DNA of 64,000 nucleotides from Trichinella spiralis (Eukaryota): NCBI RefSeq assembly GCF_000181795.1, contig NW_003526947.1, positions 810,846 to 874,845 of the forward strand, read 5' to 3'. Shown piece by piece: positions 25,577 to 38,620 of this stretch (position 1 is its first letter; each line of letters starts with the position of its first letter). The notes under the pieces were generated by a model. It saw only the letters and a program-made list of their open reading frames with translations, ran no database searches and was not told where the DNA came from. The position numbers and the translations under genes were made by a program.

Positions 25577-28385
25577 TTACAGTTCACTACACAGTTCACA
25601 GCTCTTAACACAAAGCCTTCGTACTTCTGTGTCATTTAAGCATGCTCCAAACACAGCCCAAATTTTGCACATCGGATGAAAGTCTTGACAAACAGAGCTT
25701 GCATCTAAAATCCAGAATTCTTTTACTGACCAAAAATTAAAAAACCTTTGAGCCTACCGGTATTTGGGAAATAATTGTCGCGATTTCCTGGTAAGAGAAC
25801 CATAGCAACTTCTTTGATGCCTTCTAAAGTTTCCTTTCCTGTTGGTATAATATGCGATTCATCTAAGATGAATCCATCTTGATTGTCTTCTTCTGGGCGC
25901 AATTCAACAAGAAAAGAATATTTAATTCCTGCTACAGCTTTTGCCCAATCTTCAGATCCTCCAGAAGCAGGGTCTAAAATAACACAGCAAACTGTGTTCT
26001 GAAAACGCAATTCAAATTGAACCAACAACAAAATGCTAATAATGAACAAAATACACAATAATTGAGATTTTTCCGCTTTGTTAAAGTAAAATTTTCAATG
26101 TACAATAATTGCAGCACATACACAGTAAGTCAGCTCCTGTGCCCACACGGTATCTAGTTCCATAGACATTATATATAGATTGGCAAGCTGCTAATGCTAC
26201 TTCTCTCTAAAATTTAATTATCCTGAGCAAGTCGTTTTCATTTTACAAGCATACCAAATCATGCACATCTTTCGGATAGGAGTAACGTTGATTTCCATAT
26301 GGATACATCCATATTTGTGAATAGGAATGCAAAGTTAGGAATGCTCCTAACTGATCAGCTCTTTGCAATATAAAACGTTCTATTGCTTGTGTTTCCGGTT
26401 CGCTGAATGCACTTCTGCCACTGTATGTTTCCTGACATGGATCCTGACTACCACCCTGCTGGTTCCATTTAAAATCAAAATTTCGGTTCTAAAATATTGA
26501 AGTGTTGTTTTGAAAATGTATTTCACGATATCAATTAAACGTGAACGAGTGTAGCTTCTTTATAAGATTTTTTTTTAATTTAAAACTAATCTTGTTCCGT
26601 AGTTTCATACGATTGATGATTTTGTAGATCAGACTCAGTTAAAACACAAGTATTGCAAAGTATGATGCAGATGAAGCACCAGGAATTGATACGCATTGGA
26701 AACTTACGAGATCAACACCGCGACAGCAATATGAATTTTTAAACGGTTGGCAGTTTGCTGGAGAACGATTTTTTCTCCATAATCTTACCTTAAAATACAA
26801 AACGTACTTAATATGTACGTCTTTTTTTCCAGTTTTATATTAAAGCGGAGAAAAAAGTCAAAAGAATGAATCTTGCTGCAGAGTTTAAATTTAAATTAAA
26901 TATTTGCATTTACCCGTGGATTTAAACTAGACCGACTAAACTCATAACCATCAGGGTTTACCACCGGCAGTATGTACCACGTTAAGCCGTTGACATATTT
27001 CTGCACTTCCATGTCAAAATTATATCTTGTCACGAGCTATTATAATGCTATTTAAGTACCAGTATATTGAAAAAAATATTTGTTTTACATAATTTATAAT
27101 GTATAAAGCTGTACTAGGTGCAATCCATTCACGTGCATGAATACCAGCGTCAATCCATATTGCCGGTTGACTGCTGTAAAATCTACCAATCTAAAAAATA
27201 CATTTAAATAAGAAATTAAAAAATTATTACTTTAACTTCATGTAAATAATTGTTTTCTAAAAATTCATATTATATATAATCACAAATTTAGGTGGCCATG
27301 GATGTGCTTGTGCAATAGTAAAAATTGAATTTTTTTTCAGATTTAATGGAAATCAGAATTAAAAAATATTTCTTCTACAAGTATTTTTTCAAATTCACCT
27401 TTGAATATACTAGATGTATTAATATTTTTAAAACATAAATTAGCAATGATTTGTTTTATATAGAATTTTTATTTACTGAAAGATTATAATATTGAAATAC
27501 CTGTATTAAATTGATTTCCCGATTTTCATGCGTATATCCAATAGTGTGCACCTTCGCTATGTGTGGATATTGTTTCTCCAGATTTCGCATGTAATTTTGA
27601 ATCTATCAATATATTATAAAAAAACAGATCAAGGTAAAGCAAGGTTTTTAGACATACTTCACTGTAAGAATGATAGACACTAATATCAAAGTAGGGAGTT
27701 GTTAAATAGTTAAAGCGGCGTACCCTTCCTTTGCTTCTTCGAGTTTGCTTTTCTGAAAGAAATCTAAACCGCCTATTTTAGTTGGAAATTTCCAAATAAA
27801 TTACTTTTCAACGTCTGGTATGCTGATGCTGAGGCTGATATTGTGTTCCTTGCATTGAAACAAAAATTTATCCATGCTAATGTCATTTACCATTATATCG
27901 ACTGTTGAATTGAGAAAAGCAGGTGGCCGCCAAAAATCAATCTTTCATAAAAATAAACAATTTAAAAAGTTTGCTTAAATCAAACAATTTCAATTTACTT
28001 GATCACCGTCAGCATGCTGATACATGATTTGCAAAAACTTGAGCTGTGATTCATTTGTTGGAACAGTGCGCATAACTTTGTAAACTCTTAAAACAGTTGC
28101 ATCAAATTTTGAATGCAAAACAATTTGTTTTTTATTAATTATTAATTTAATTAAAAATTTTATTCATTGGAATAAAACAAATTAATGAAAACATCATGTT
28201 GGCAGCATTTCTTTAATGAAAGAAGTTTTTTTTGAATAACATGTTCACTTTGAATATTGATTATTAATTGTGGAATAAACAGCTAAAATTGCTTACGCAT
28301 TCGATTGCATTGCATAATTTTCCTTGTCAGCAGTGGCGGTAATCAGCATGAAGAATGGAAATATTAAAGAAACAAGTTGAAGCAT
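25577..28385 (-). CDS. Secreted M14A zinc metallocarboxypeptidase (prepro form) with C-terminal ShKT domain
   Basis: Signal peptide [19 protein letters not shown]; prodomain (IDFWRPP) ending in [68 protein letters not shown]; last exon [34 protein letters not shown] (six-Cys ShKT). All introns GT-AG. Confidence 0.95.
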
Positions 28386-29762
28386 ACTGTTTGTTCACTA
28401 CAATGCTAAAGAGATGTGATGAACAAAATTTACTATATGCTTTCTGAAAATAATATTAGCATTATAAAAGTATTTGTTCATTGTCAAATTTATTGTTCTG
28501 CTATATGTTTATGCAATAATTAAAAAAAGAAAGGTAATTCATTAAAAAAAACAAATTTTCTTCAAATGTGCTTCAATTGCAGCTAAGTGAATACCGAGAA
28601 AGTGTCGCATATTTTGTGATATTGCAACTTTATCAGTATGATGAATTGAGCAAGAGGAGTGAAAAGAATACAACTTGGCAGAGCCAGTTAAAACTTCATC
28701 CTGTTTAAATTTCCATCTGGTTCTTCAGCAAAGAAGCTGACGCACGGCCGTTACCCAATTTTCAAACTAAGGCAAACTTTAAGATCATCAGCTTTGTAAA
28801 ATGATGTAATAATCAATTATTAATCGTTTATTTACAAGTAATTCTCTTTGGATATTTATGAATGACTTGAGATTTTTCCAACATTGAAGTGATTTATAGA
28901 AATAAAATATTCAATGTTACATTATGAAACAGATTATTGAAATGTAAAAAAATGTTTTTTTCCACTATTTCTTAGAGCATGAAGAGTATAAATAAATAAA
29001 TAAAAGTATAAATGCACACACATATTTATAGATTGATAAAGCTTAATTTGATTTCAAAAAAAATAGCATAAATTGATTAGCATACACATCTTAAATGATG
29101 ATCTATTCCACTTTTGTTTCGGTTCTTATAACAATATAAACTAAGTGAATGAAAATAAATAGCCGTTGCTTTAACAAATTGTTTGCATTAGCCGTCGAAA
29201 TTCCTGTTTTTATTATGTAATAAAATTGTTAAGCTAATGCAAACATTGACGCTCGATAAACCCAGTGAGACGTACAAACATATTTGATAATCAATCTTCA
29301 CATTTGATTATTTACTTTTGTAAAAATTTATTTCTTTTTAATCCAAAGTGGCATATTTGCAATTTTTCAATTGATATTAAATATTTGTGACGATAAATTG
29401 TTCAAGTGGCATATTTTTGCTTCAAAAATATGAGCACAATTTCAAGTTGTGCTAAAACTGAGTGCAGTGGAGCAGTCCATTTTTACCATACAAAAAAGCA
29501 TATAGCATATAGCACTGCAGAGCAGAAACGCTCAAGGTGATTATACCCAATATAGCCCGTCAGCAAAACTAGGCCGCCAATTATGTGATTACTGTTACGG
29601 TTTGAAGTGGTTATTAGTCTGCAGCACTAGTTTGTTGTTTTTAGCAAATCTAGCCGATGCTACCACCACTTGAACAGCTAGTTTGCAGACGGTCGCAAGA
29701 ATATTACAACTGCTTCTTATAGCAGATGGAACCAATTGCAACTGTACACTGTTTTAATTATT

Positions 29763-30512
29763 ATGTTGGTTTACGGTGGATGGTTGTCGTTGGTCGATTT
29801 GTACAGTCGATTATTTTTGATTCTGTTTTTGATAATTACAAAAATTGCATCTGCTGAACAAAGCATACTGTGTCCACCAACATCCCGAAGTCGTCTGCTG
29901 TTAATGTTGGGCGAAGGTTATAACAGTCGTTACATGAGCGTGGACAAGCCGACGGATTTTTTCATGCCTGAATTTGGACGTTTGGATTACAATTGGCCGG
30001 CAACAAATTCCCAAAAACCATTTCCCATGTCTCCTCATGGCAATGTAGGAGAATTGAATTTCAAAGTTGAAGCCGGCCATCAGCAAGTGTTGCTTGGAAA
30101 TGCTCACAATCAACGTATTTTGAAACTGTTGTCAAATCTGAAAAACAGATCAACAATTGTCGAAAGTCCAAAAATGGATAAATTGAAAAGGGAAATTGTT
30201 GCTGGAACAAGTTGGACTCATGATGCTGGACATTTGGAACAATTGACTCGTGTCGATTTGCCGTGGACTTGCGAAGAACAAGCAAATTGGATAGATCTGG
30301 GCGAGAGTCGATTTCCGCGTTTCGTTCGTTCTGTTACTTGTTCATCTGATCGTTGCTTTTACGGACATTATCGATGTCGACCAAGAGCTTTTACTGTGAA
30401 AATACTACGACGACTGACCGCTAACTGCATAAATGACGACAACGGACAGCTTGTCGAACCGTGGGTATTTGAAGAGTTCGCTTTGAATTTGTGCTGCCAG
30501 TGCACCGCTTAA
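29763..30512 (+). CDS. trk: Trunk/PTTH-family (noggin-like) secreted cystine-knot ligand, single exon
   Basis: Hydrophobic leader; N-terminal C..LGEGYNSRYMSVDKP motif; C-terminal PWTCEEQANWIDLGESRFPRFVRSVTCSSDRCFYGHYRCRPRAFTVKILRR...WVFEEFALNLCCQC, closely resembling arthropod Trunk. First ATG is at 29763 (the ORF track starts at an upstream TTG). Confidence 0.88.
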   Translation: MLVYGGWLSLVDLYSRLFLILFLIITKIASAEQSILCPPTSRSRLLLMLGEGYNSRYMSVDKPTDFFMPEFGRLDYNWPATNSQKPFPMSPHGNVGELNFKVEAGHQQVLLGNAHNQRILKLLSNLKNRSTIVESPKMDKLKREIVAGTSWTHDAGHLEQLTRVDLPWTCEEQANWIDLGESRFPRFVRSVTCSSDRCFYGHYRCRPRAFTVKILRRLTANCINDDNGQLVEPWVFEEFALNLCCQCTA

Positions 30513-33500
30513 TAAATAACATCCACTACAACTGACCGTATGTCGTTCATTTTCATCATGACTGTTGGTGCATGTCGTTGACGTGTTTGTGATGTTTTTA
30601 TCCTCATTAAAAATATTCTCCACCATCTTACACTATTATTATTTGTACTCTTTTCATTTAATTTAATATCCAAAAAATCTATTTTTTGCGAATGGAAAGT
30701 TTAGTGGAATAATTACCGTATGGATTTAGTTGGAAGTTTTACAACAGAAAATAATCACAAATGAATAATGTGAACAATTGAAAAGAAAAATGAAGTCAAC
30801 ACTAAATATATTGGTTTGATGTTGAATTAAAACAACAAAAAAAATCTACATTTCAACAGAAATGCTTATCAAGTACACATCTGTTCGAGAATTTACATAT
30901 ATTTACATAGATGTGCGCAAAGTGTGCATATTTTATACTGGTGAAAATTGTAATTATTGCTCAAGTTGAAGCAAACAATTCAGTTAAATTTTGCAAATAA
31001 TAACCGAACCACTTTCACACTGCTAATAATCCACTGGACAAAGATTTGAAAAACAAATGCAACTATTTTCTTACACAATATTCAATTTCCCCCTTGGATG
31101 ACGATGATGAAATTTTTTTTTCAATTCACTCAACAACTTTGAACAAAAAAAAGTTTAGCATTTTATGTTCAGTATTATTCGGAAAAAAAATTACAAAAAT
31201 CAAAAGTATTTTACAATTATCCAATAAAAAAACGTAGATTCCAATTTGATCTTTAGATTTTAAGTGAAAAAAAGGTAATAATATTGTAATATTGAAAATT
31301 AATATTACATTTTTGTTTTCAAATTTTTCATTCAGTGCAATAAGGAATAAGAGAATAAAATGAATGTGATTAACAAAGAAGCATGCAAATTCATACCTCT
31401 TTGAAAAGGAGGTCGCCGAGGTGTGGATTAGCACAAATTAATCAACAAAAGCTTATGGGCCGAACGAGTGAAAAATACTACAAATGAGCCGAATGTGATC
31501 CAATGCCAATTATATAAACAGAAATTTCACTTGCATAAATCACGATCTGGGTTGTAATGGCTTTCACGATTGCGCGTGCGTTGCGCTTCCACTGCGACCC
31601 TGTTTACTCTGCGCTAACAAGCACATGTGAACGACCCATTACGGAACTGTTTTCTTCTTATTATTGGTAAAAGTGCACTTTTTTGAGAAAAAGAAAAAAA
31701 AAGAATTACAACAACATCCCACCTTAAAATACAAATGTCATACATGCATTATTGGAATTTTTTATACTCATAAATTAATTGCTTTCTTCTTTTCACCTTT
31801 CTGCATCATTTTAATGCTTCGGGTGTGACCTGAGAAAAAGCTTTTTTTCCATTTTTTTTCTTGCTTTGGAAAACTCATCTTCCGGGTTTGTGACATTGTA
31901 ATGCACATCATGTTGAACACAGATTGATAATTTCCAACAGAAATGCAAATTATTGCTTGCTTTTTTTTCGATTGAAATTACAATTACAATATTTGACAAT
32001 GCAAAAACTGATTTGAAATCATCATTACCGTATGCTATGATAAATGCATTTTTACAAAATCGAAACACCGAACAACACTAAACTTACTGTCTCTTCTTCT
32101 TTTTCTTCTTGCTAATGTTCTATTATTAAATATTAAACTTTTACCTTCATCAAGCTTTATATGGTGAGGCTTTTCACCATTTTCGAAAACAGGTTCTTTT
32201 GTGAAAAGTGCATTTTTAGTATAGGTAAATTAACCCAAAAAATGAACAACCAACAGCTTTTAGAACGCGTCGAATGACCTTAAATTATTTTAATTTGAAC
32301 AATATAATCAATTTTAGCGGAAGCTAAATTGCCGCTTTTGCTCAACACTATCACCAGATGCAGGAAACAGAAGTTGAATGAACGCGACGAGTGAATGAAA
32401 ATTTTTCACGCTTTTCAAGCACTTTATTTCATCAAAAATTTTTAAAACCAACAAACAACAGAACAGCAGCACCGTTGTAGGATTGGTTTTCATATGTGAA
32501 ATTTGAAAAAATTGTGGAACTTTTCAAAATAAACCAAAAAGAACCTAGAAATTCAAGTTAGCTTTCAAAATATTATTTAAAAAAAAGCAAAATTTATTTT
32601 TAATTCTCTTTGAAAACAAATATTCAATCTTGTTGTAATTTTGAAAAATACGTGAATGCTGTAAAATTTGTGAAATTATTATTATTACTTTGTAACAATG
32701 CTGAAAAATAATCATTTGATAATTTCAAAAGTCATACATATTATTAAAATATATATTTGTATTTTCAATAAATCCAAACATCATTCATCAGTTAATCATC
32801 TCTGCTATGCTATCTAATCACTCGCGATTAACATCAAGTAATGAACAATGAGAATTTTTTTTAAATTCATCTAAATTCTCTGAAATTATGTTATTTTTTT
32901 ACTGTTATATTCATAATACAAGTGAATCTTTATTAAACTTTTTCTTGTAAAATTTCACTTACTTTTTCTAAAGTTATTAATTTCGAAAATTCAACAACTT
33001 TTGCTTTGATATATTCATAAATATGTATGAGCCGTTATCATTATACAGTTGGCTTGGAATATAAATGTAAAAATAAAATCAAGTTGATAAATCATCTTCG
33101 TTTGCATCATATAGCATTAACTCTTACATTGAACTCAGAAAGAGCACTATTTCGAATGAAATAGATGATAACCTTTTAAATAAATAAATAAATGTTTAAT
33201 ATATGATAAAAATTTTAAAGATATATTTGCAATGCTACATAAATTGTTACACGTGTACATTTAACTTAGTTGAAATTATTATTATTATTATGGAGAAAAT
33301 TGTGTGCATTTACACCCATTAATAAAGATAAAAACGATGATTTTCAGGTAACGTTTCTATTTGTTTACTTTAAAAATTCAAATGAAATGACATTTGTAAA
33401 TGTAGATAAATTTGTATTTTTCAAGTATCAAAACATTTTCTTCCAAATTTATTCCATGTATGTGTAAAATTTGAAAGTTAAATTTTACACAATGGCATTT

Positions 33501-36500
33501 GTATTGGGAAAATGTTTAAAAATACATTCTTATCAGCATCTGCTTATCAACGTGTTAAAAATTTTCAAAATAAAAAAGCAGAACATGCCAGCAATAAATT
33601 TAGAAAAAAACTGTTTCAATTCTTCCTGTAATATTGGTAGCTACGTGGCAAAATAAAAAACGGTTGCAATGTAATGTCATCATCCCCTTCTAAAATTAGC
33701 ATATATGATTTTCAGTGAAAGTAAACATCGAGTAAAAGTTTGATTTCTAAGTTTATTCTTTAGCCAATTTTTAGAAAAATCTATATCAAAAGAAGATTTA
33801 GAAATTTGATAATGTCGTTTCTTTAATGTTTTAAGTTTGATTTTAATATGAACGACAAAATTGTTTAATTGTGAGAATACCAAATGATTGACATTAGTGG
33901 GATGAAAATGCCAACAGTTGAAGTTATAAAATAATTATTTAACCGTAATTTTGCATGTTTTTTCGAATAAGTTGTTGTTAGATAATATCAACAACAGAAA
34001 TACAAAAAATTGAAAACTTTATTCGGTAACTTTTCATTGTATTTTAAAGATATTCAACTTTATTCTTCTCCATCTCGTTTTTCACTATTGTTAAGCAACA
34101 GAACATACTCTGCTATTTTCTAAGCTTGTTTATAATTAAATATTTACTATAAATAATGTCAAAATGTTGTTGCAGTTTTAACTGATAAAATCAAGCCTAA
34201 AATGCTATCGCAAACTCATAAACGGCAAACATGACGTTAAGCAATCAGCGATAAAACTCGCATTATCTCTGTTTGAATGCTGATTTATGACTGCTGAATT
34301 GTTTTGTTTTGTTTTGATTACATTAAAAATCACCAATTTTTGACAATTGAAATAATTAATTTGACAAAATGAAGAATTAGCAAAGCAAATTTTGCCATAA
34401 ATCGGAAAACAATTTTTCAAAATTACAATTTTCACGAATGTAAAGCGCAAAGCATGTCCGTGCGGAAAACTGTGCAATTTTTCAAATTTTACAATTGGCA
34501 AATCTTTGATCACAGGAATGAAACATTTTTTTTCAAACGTTTAAATTTGATAAGCAAAATCAAATTTTTGAATTACTGTAACATGTTAAAATTCAACTGA
34601 AAATATTAACAAAGGTAGTTTTGACTGGAAAAAAGTTTTTTAAATCATTAAAATTAGTTTTACATTATTTTGTCGTCTTTAAATTCTGTTTCTCTCTACA
34701 TGGATTCAATTTCAACAGATTTCATTTATTCTCCAGTAATATCCAATCTAGTGCTGACGTAATTTTTGTTGCATTATGAACAATTTTCCATCTTTCATTT
34801 CATCGATAATGTTCATCCCGATGGACAAATTCGAAAAAGCATCTAATTCAAAATCCACATCTAACCGGTAATTTAAATTAGAAATGAACAAAAAAGTCAA
34901 TTTAAATTGTTACAATTTAATTCAAATTTCAACATTAAATTACACACTGGATGAGAAGAGGAAAAATTGAAAAATTATTTTTTTTTGCAAAATATTTGTG
35001 CATAATTTATGATCTGCTTATTTTCATTTTTGTAGACAGCTTTTCTTTTATTTGTATTGAGATAGAAAATATTGTACAAAAATGAAATAGAAAAAGCATT
35101 TGCCTAATTAAAGCGACTATTTATTGACATTTTTCGAATAAAAACTAGTTACCATAATTGCTCTGCCATCGCCATGAAAAGTGAATAAAGACATGTGACA
35201 TGGAAATGGAGGGCGGATTTTTCATTGCTATTTCATTCAGCTGTTCGACAGTTTACGACTGTGCATTGGAGAAAACTGGCAAACGGTATAATTTGCTTGG
35301 AGAAATACCCATCTGCAAAACTTTTACTATCCATCTGATCCACTTTATGCAGTTGCTTTTTTACATGCATCGACATTTGTTGTTGCTATTGTTGAAAATA
35401 ATTGAAATCTGCTGCATTTACTGATTTTCTCAACATCCCATACATTTACCTCTACATACACAGAAATACGTACACATTATAAGTAAGAAAGTCATTTAAT
35501 TTCTGTAATTACAATTTTATCCTTTATAAATTTATATTTATTTATTCCATTAAACTGATTTGTATTACAATTTTGCAAATAAATATGCCAAATAATGTTA
35601 TCAATTTTATCAATTCACAGATTAATCTTATGTGACTTTTCACCTGAAAAAATTTTCCCTTCGTGATGATGTAAATTCAACTTATGAAACTTGTTAATTT
35701 GCATTCTGTGCAACTTGAAATGCTTATTCAAACAAAATTTCCTCAAATCTACATTTTCGGAGGCTTCAAGTCTATAAATTAACGAAAAAACATTTTTATT
35801 ATTAAAAAAGTAAAATCAAATATTTAAGCTTTCAGTTATCAGTCAGACTGAAATTATTTTCCATTTAATCACAACACCCGCATTGCAACATTTTGAAATA
35901 ACTGCTATGTTTACAGTGATACTGATCAGTTAGCTAACTTATTATAGCTGGTTTATTTTTCTGGTTGATATTTTTCTGCTTTTACCGCTTCACTGTGCTG
36001 TCAGCAATTCTGGTTTCGATTTGTTTTTGGTCTGCTGAATTTTCGGATGAACAGTTGCTGCAGGGGCAATAGCATGAAAGACTGCCCAAGCCGGTCACAC
36101 CCACCATTCCTTAGTTCCATTTGTTCTTCTGTTCATCAGCTTTCATTTTTCATACATGCTGATTAAGCTTTCATTGTGAAATTTAAAAAAAACTCAAAAA
36201 AAACAATTGTTTAAACTATTTTGCAATATGTGGAATTGAGAGCGCAGGAATACATGCGATTGGATTTTCAACTTGTTGAATATTTTCATATTTTCCACTT
36301 TTATTGGACAGTAAAGATGAAAATAGACACGAAACATTAGTCAAATGAGCTTCAAATTCCAATATTATTCCTGTTATGTTTTACAACATTTAGCTATCTT
36401 TGCATGCATTTTCAACAATTACACTGCGTTTTATTTCATTTAAAATTCATGCTGCAGTATACTGCGTATTTTAATATATCCAATTTATACATTTTTAAAA

Positions 36501-38620
36501 TAAATATTTCAACTTATTTTACGATTGCAAGTTTGTAAACAAAATTAGCTTTTATACTTATAATTTGTAGTTATCCTTTATTAGACATTTTTAGAAAATT
36601 ATGCTTCAAATAGAGAGTATTTTCAATAATGTATAATTTTCATCCTGTAACGATTGAATGGAAAATCATAATTAAATTATATTCATCTGGACTCATTATA
36701 AGAAAGAAATCAACACTGTTATTTGCATCTTCATTTTGATAAAAGCAAGCATTTTTACAAATGTTATTTTTCACTATGATATCAGATTGAACTGTTCATT
36801 ATTATTTTATATGCTATCATTATTTGAATGTACGTTAATTTTTAAAAGTACTTGAATCAGTATATTTCAATTAGTATATTCTTAATATTTATTTCATATA
36901 ATTTTTCATCATTTCACTTGTCCTGTATTGAAGATGAAAGTTATATCTGTCAGCGTTACTTTCTAATTAAAAAATATCTCAATTTTTCTTATTGCTAGAT
37001 TTAATTTATTATTATTAACAAATGCTATTTGCTTAAGTAGCTTTCAAATATTAATTTCAAATGACATAAATTATAATTAGACCAAATGATGTACCAGCAT
37101 TGTTTATATACTAGTTTTAAAGTTATACATATTTTGCGATCACTCTAGTGTAAAGAATAGTGACCAGTAAGTATCAATAACCGTTCTGTCATATTTTTAC
37201 TGTTAAATTGGAATAACACTGTAAATTCGGTCATAATTTGGTAATATCAATGACAAAATTAAAATTCCAAATACACTGAACAGTAACCGAGGTAAAAATT
37301 TTCCCAAAGCAAACTTCTTTTTCAGCAAACAAAAGTTTCTTTGCGTATGTATTGCATATTTTATAATTTGCATAAGGAAATTCATTTTCTAAATCTAGTT
37401 GTCATGTTAATTAATATTTTTGAAAAATAATATTAATCTTGTTTCCTTAGATTTCCCAGTATCTTGATGTGGAGCATTTATTTACGGAAAAACTTTAAAA
37501 TACACATCAAACAAACAGTGAAGTTTGAATTTCTGTTCATACAGTATGAATTGCGCAAATAAATACAAGGGCAATATTTTTACATTAATGATTTCATTTA
37601 GAATTAAAAATTGTAATTTGAAACCTCGATTATTAATTATTATTATAAAAAATTTTAGTCATTTTCCTTGTTGAAGCAGATAGAAACGTCGAAATTATTT
37701 TATTCTACTCTAAGAATTTGTTTATTTGTTTCTGCATCATTCATTTCCAAGCACAATTTTAGATATTCAAAGTAAATATTTATTACTTGGCTTTTGCTGT
37801 TGCATTTGTTTAATTTCTACTTTTCAAACAACATTTCGATAAAAACAAGCGAAGCAGTTTATCAGCGAAAAGTTTTTGTTTAATTTAGCACATAAAAGTG
37901 GTCATTTAAAGTCAGCTAAGTATACACAGAATCAAGTGAAATAAATTTCAGTGGGAAAAGAAAAAATCCAAAATAAGGTAAGCTGAATTAACATATATTT
38001 TCAAATTCTTCTTCTTCTTCTTTTTCTTTCTTTGGTTTTGTTCTTAAATTTATTTCTAAGCAATTTGTCAAATGGTACAGATATTTTCATATTTGTACAC
38101 ACCCACACACAATTTTACATTTTATTTTATGAATTTTAATTTTTGAAATTTTTCCCTCAAAAATAAGGGAAATCTTACAATTATATTATAAATTGTTCTT
38201 TTTGATGTATCAAAAAAATGTGTTACTATAACTAATGCTCAGTTCGAAAATGGAAATTATCCAACGATGCAAACCAAGTAATAAAGCACAGATCGTGTTT
38301 TAATCATTGTCAATCGGGGGAGCAACTTTTCCAACAACATGAAGTCTTGTGTATTTTTGAATAAAGCACATGTTTAAATGCTTCAAGCAAGCGTTCAAAA
38401 TCATCCGACTGGTTTGTTTAATCGAACTTTTATCTTTAAAAATGAAATGATGACAGATCAACGGGACAATGTTGTGTCACATTTTTAGCTTACGTCATTT
38501 CCTGCAAATTTCTCAAGTTGTGCGGAGAAAATTTTTCAGAAAACAATTTCTTCTTCTTCTTCTTTTCAAACTTTTCCATTTTAATAAATTTTAGACATTT
38601 AAATTAAAAAAAAAAGAAAA

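Noticed and set aside
33270..37385. Short ORFs in the long intergenic region before SLC4
   Set aside because: Composition (F/L/I/K/N-rich) is what random AT-rich DNA yields; no splice-consistent model.
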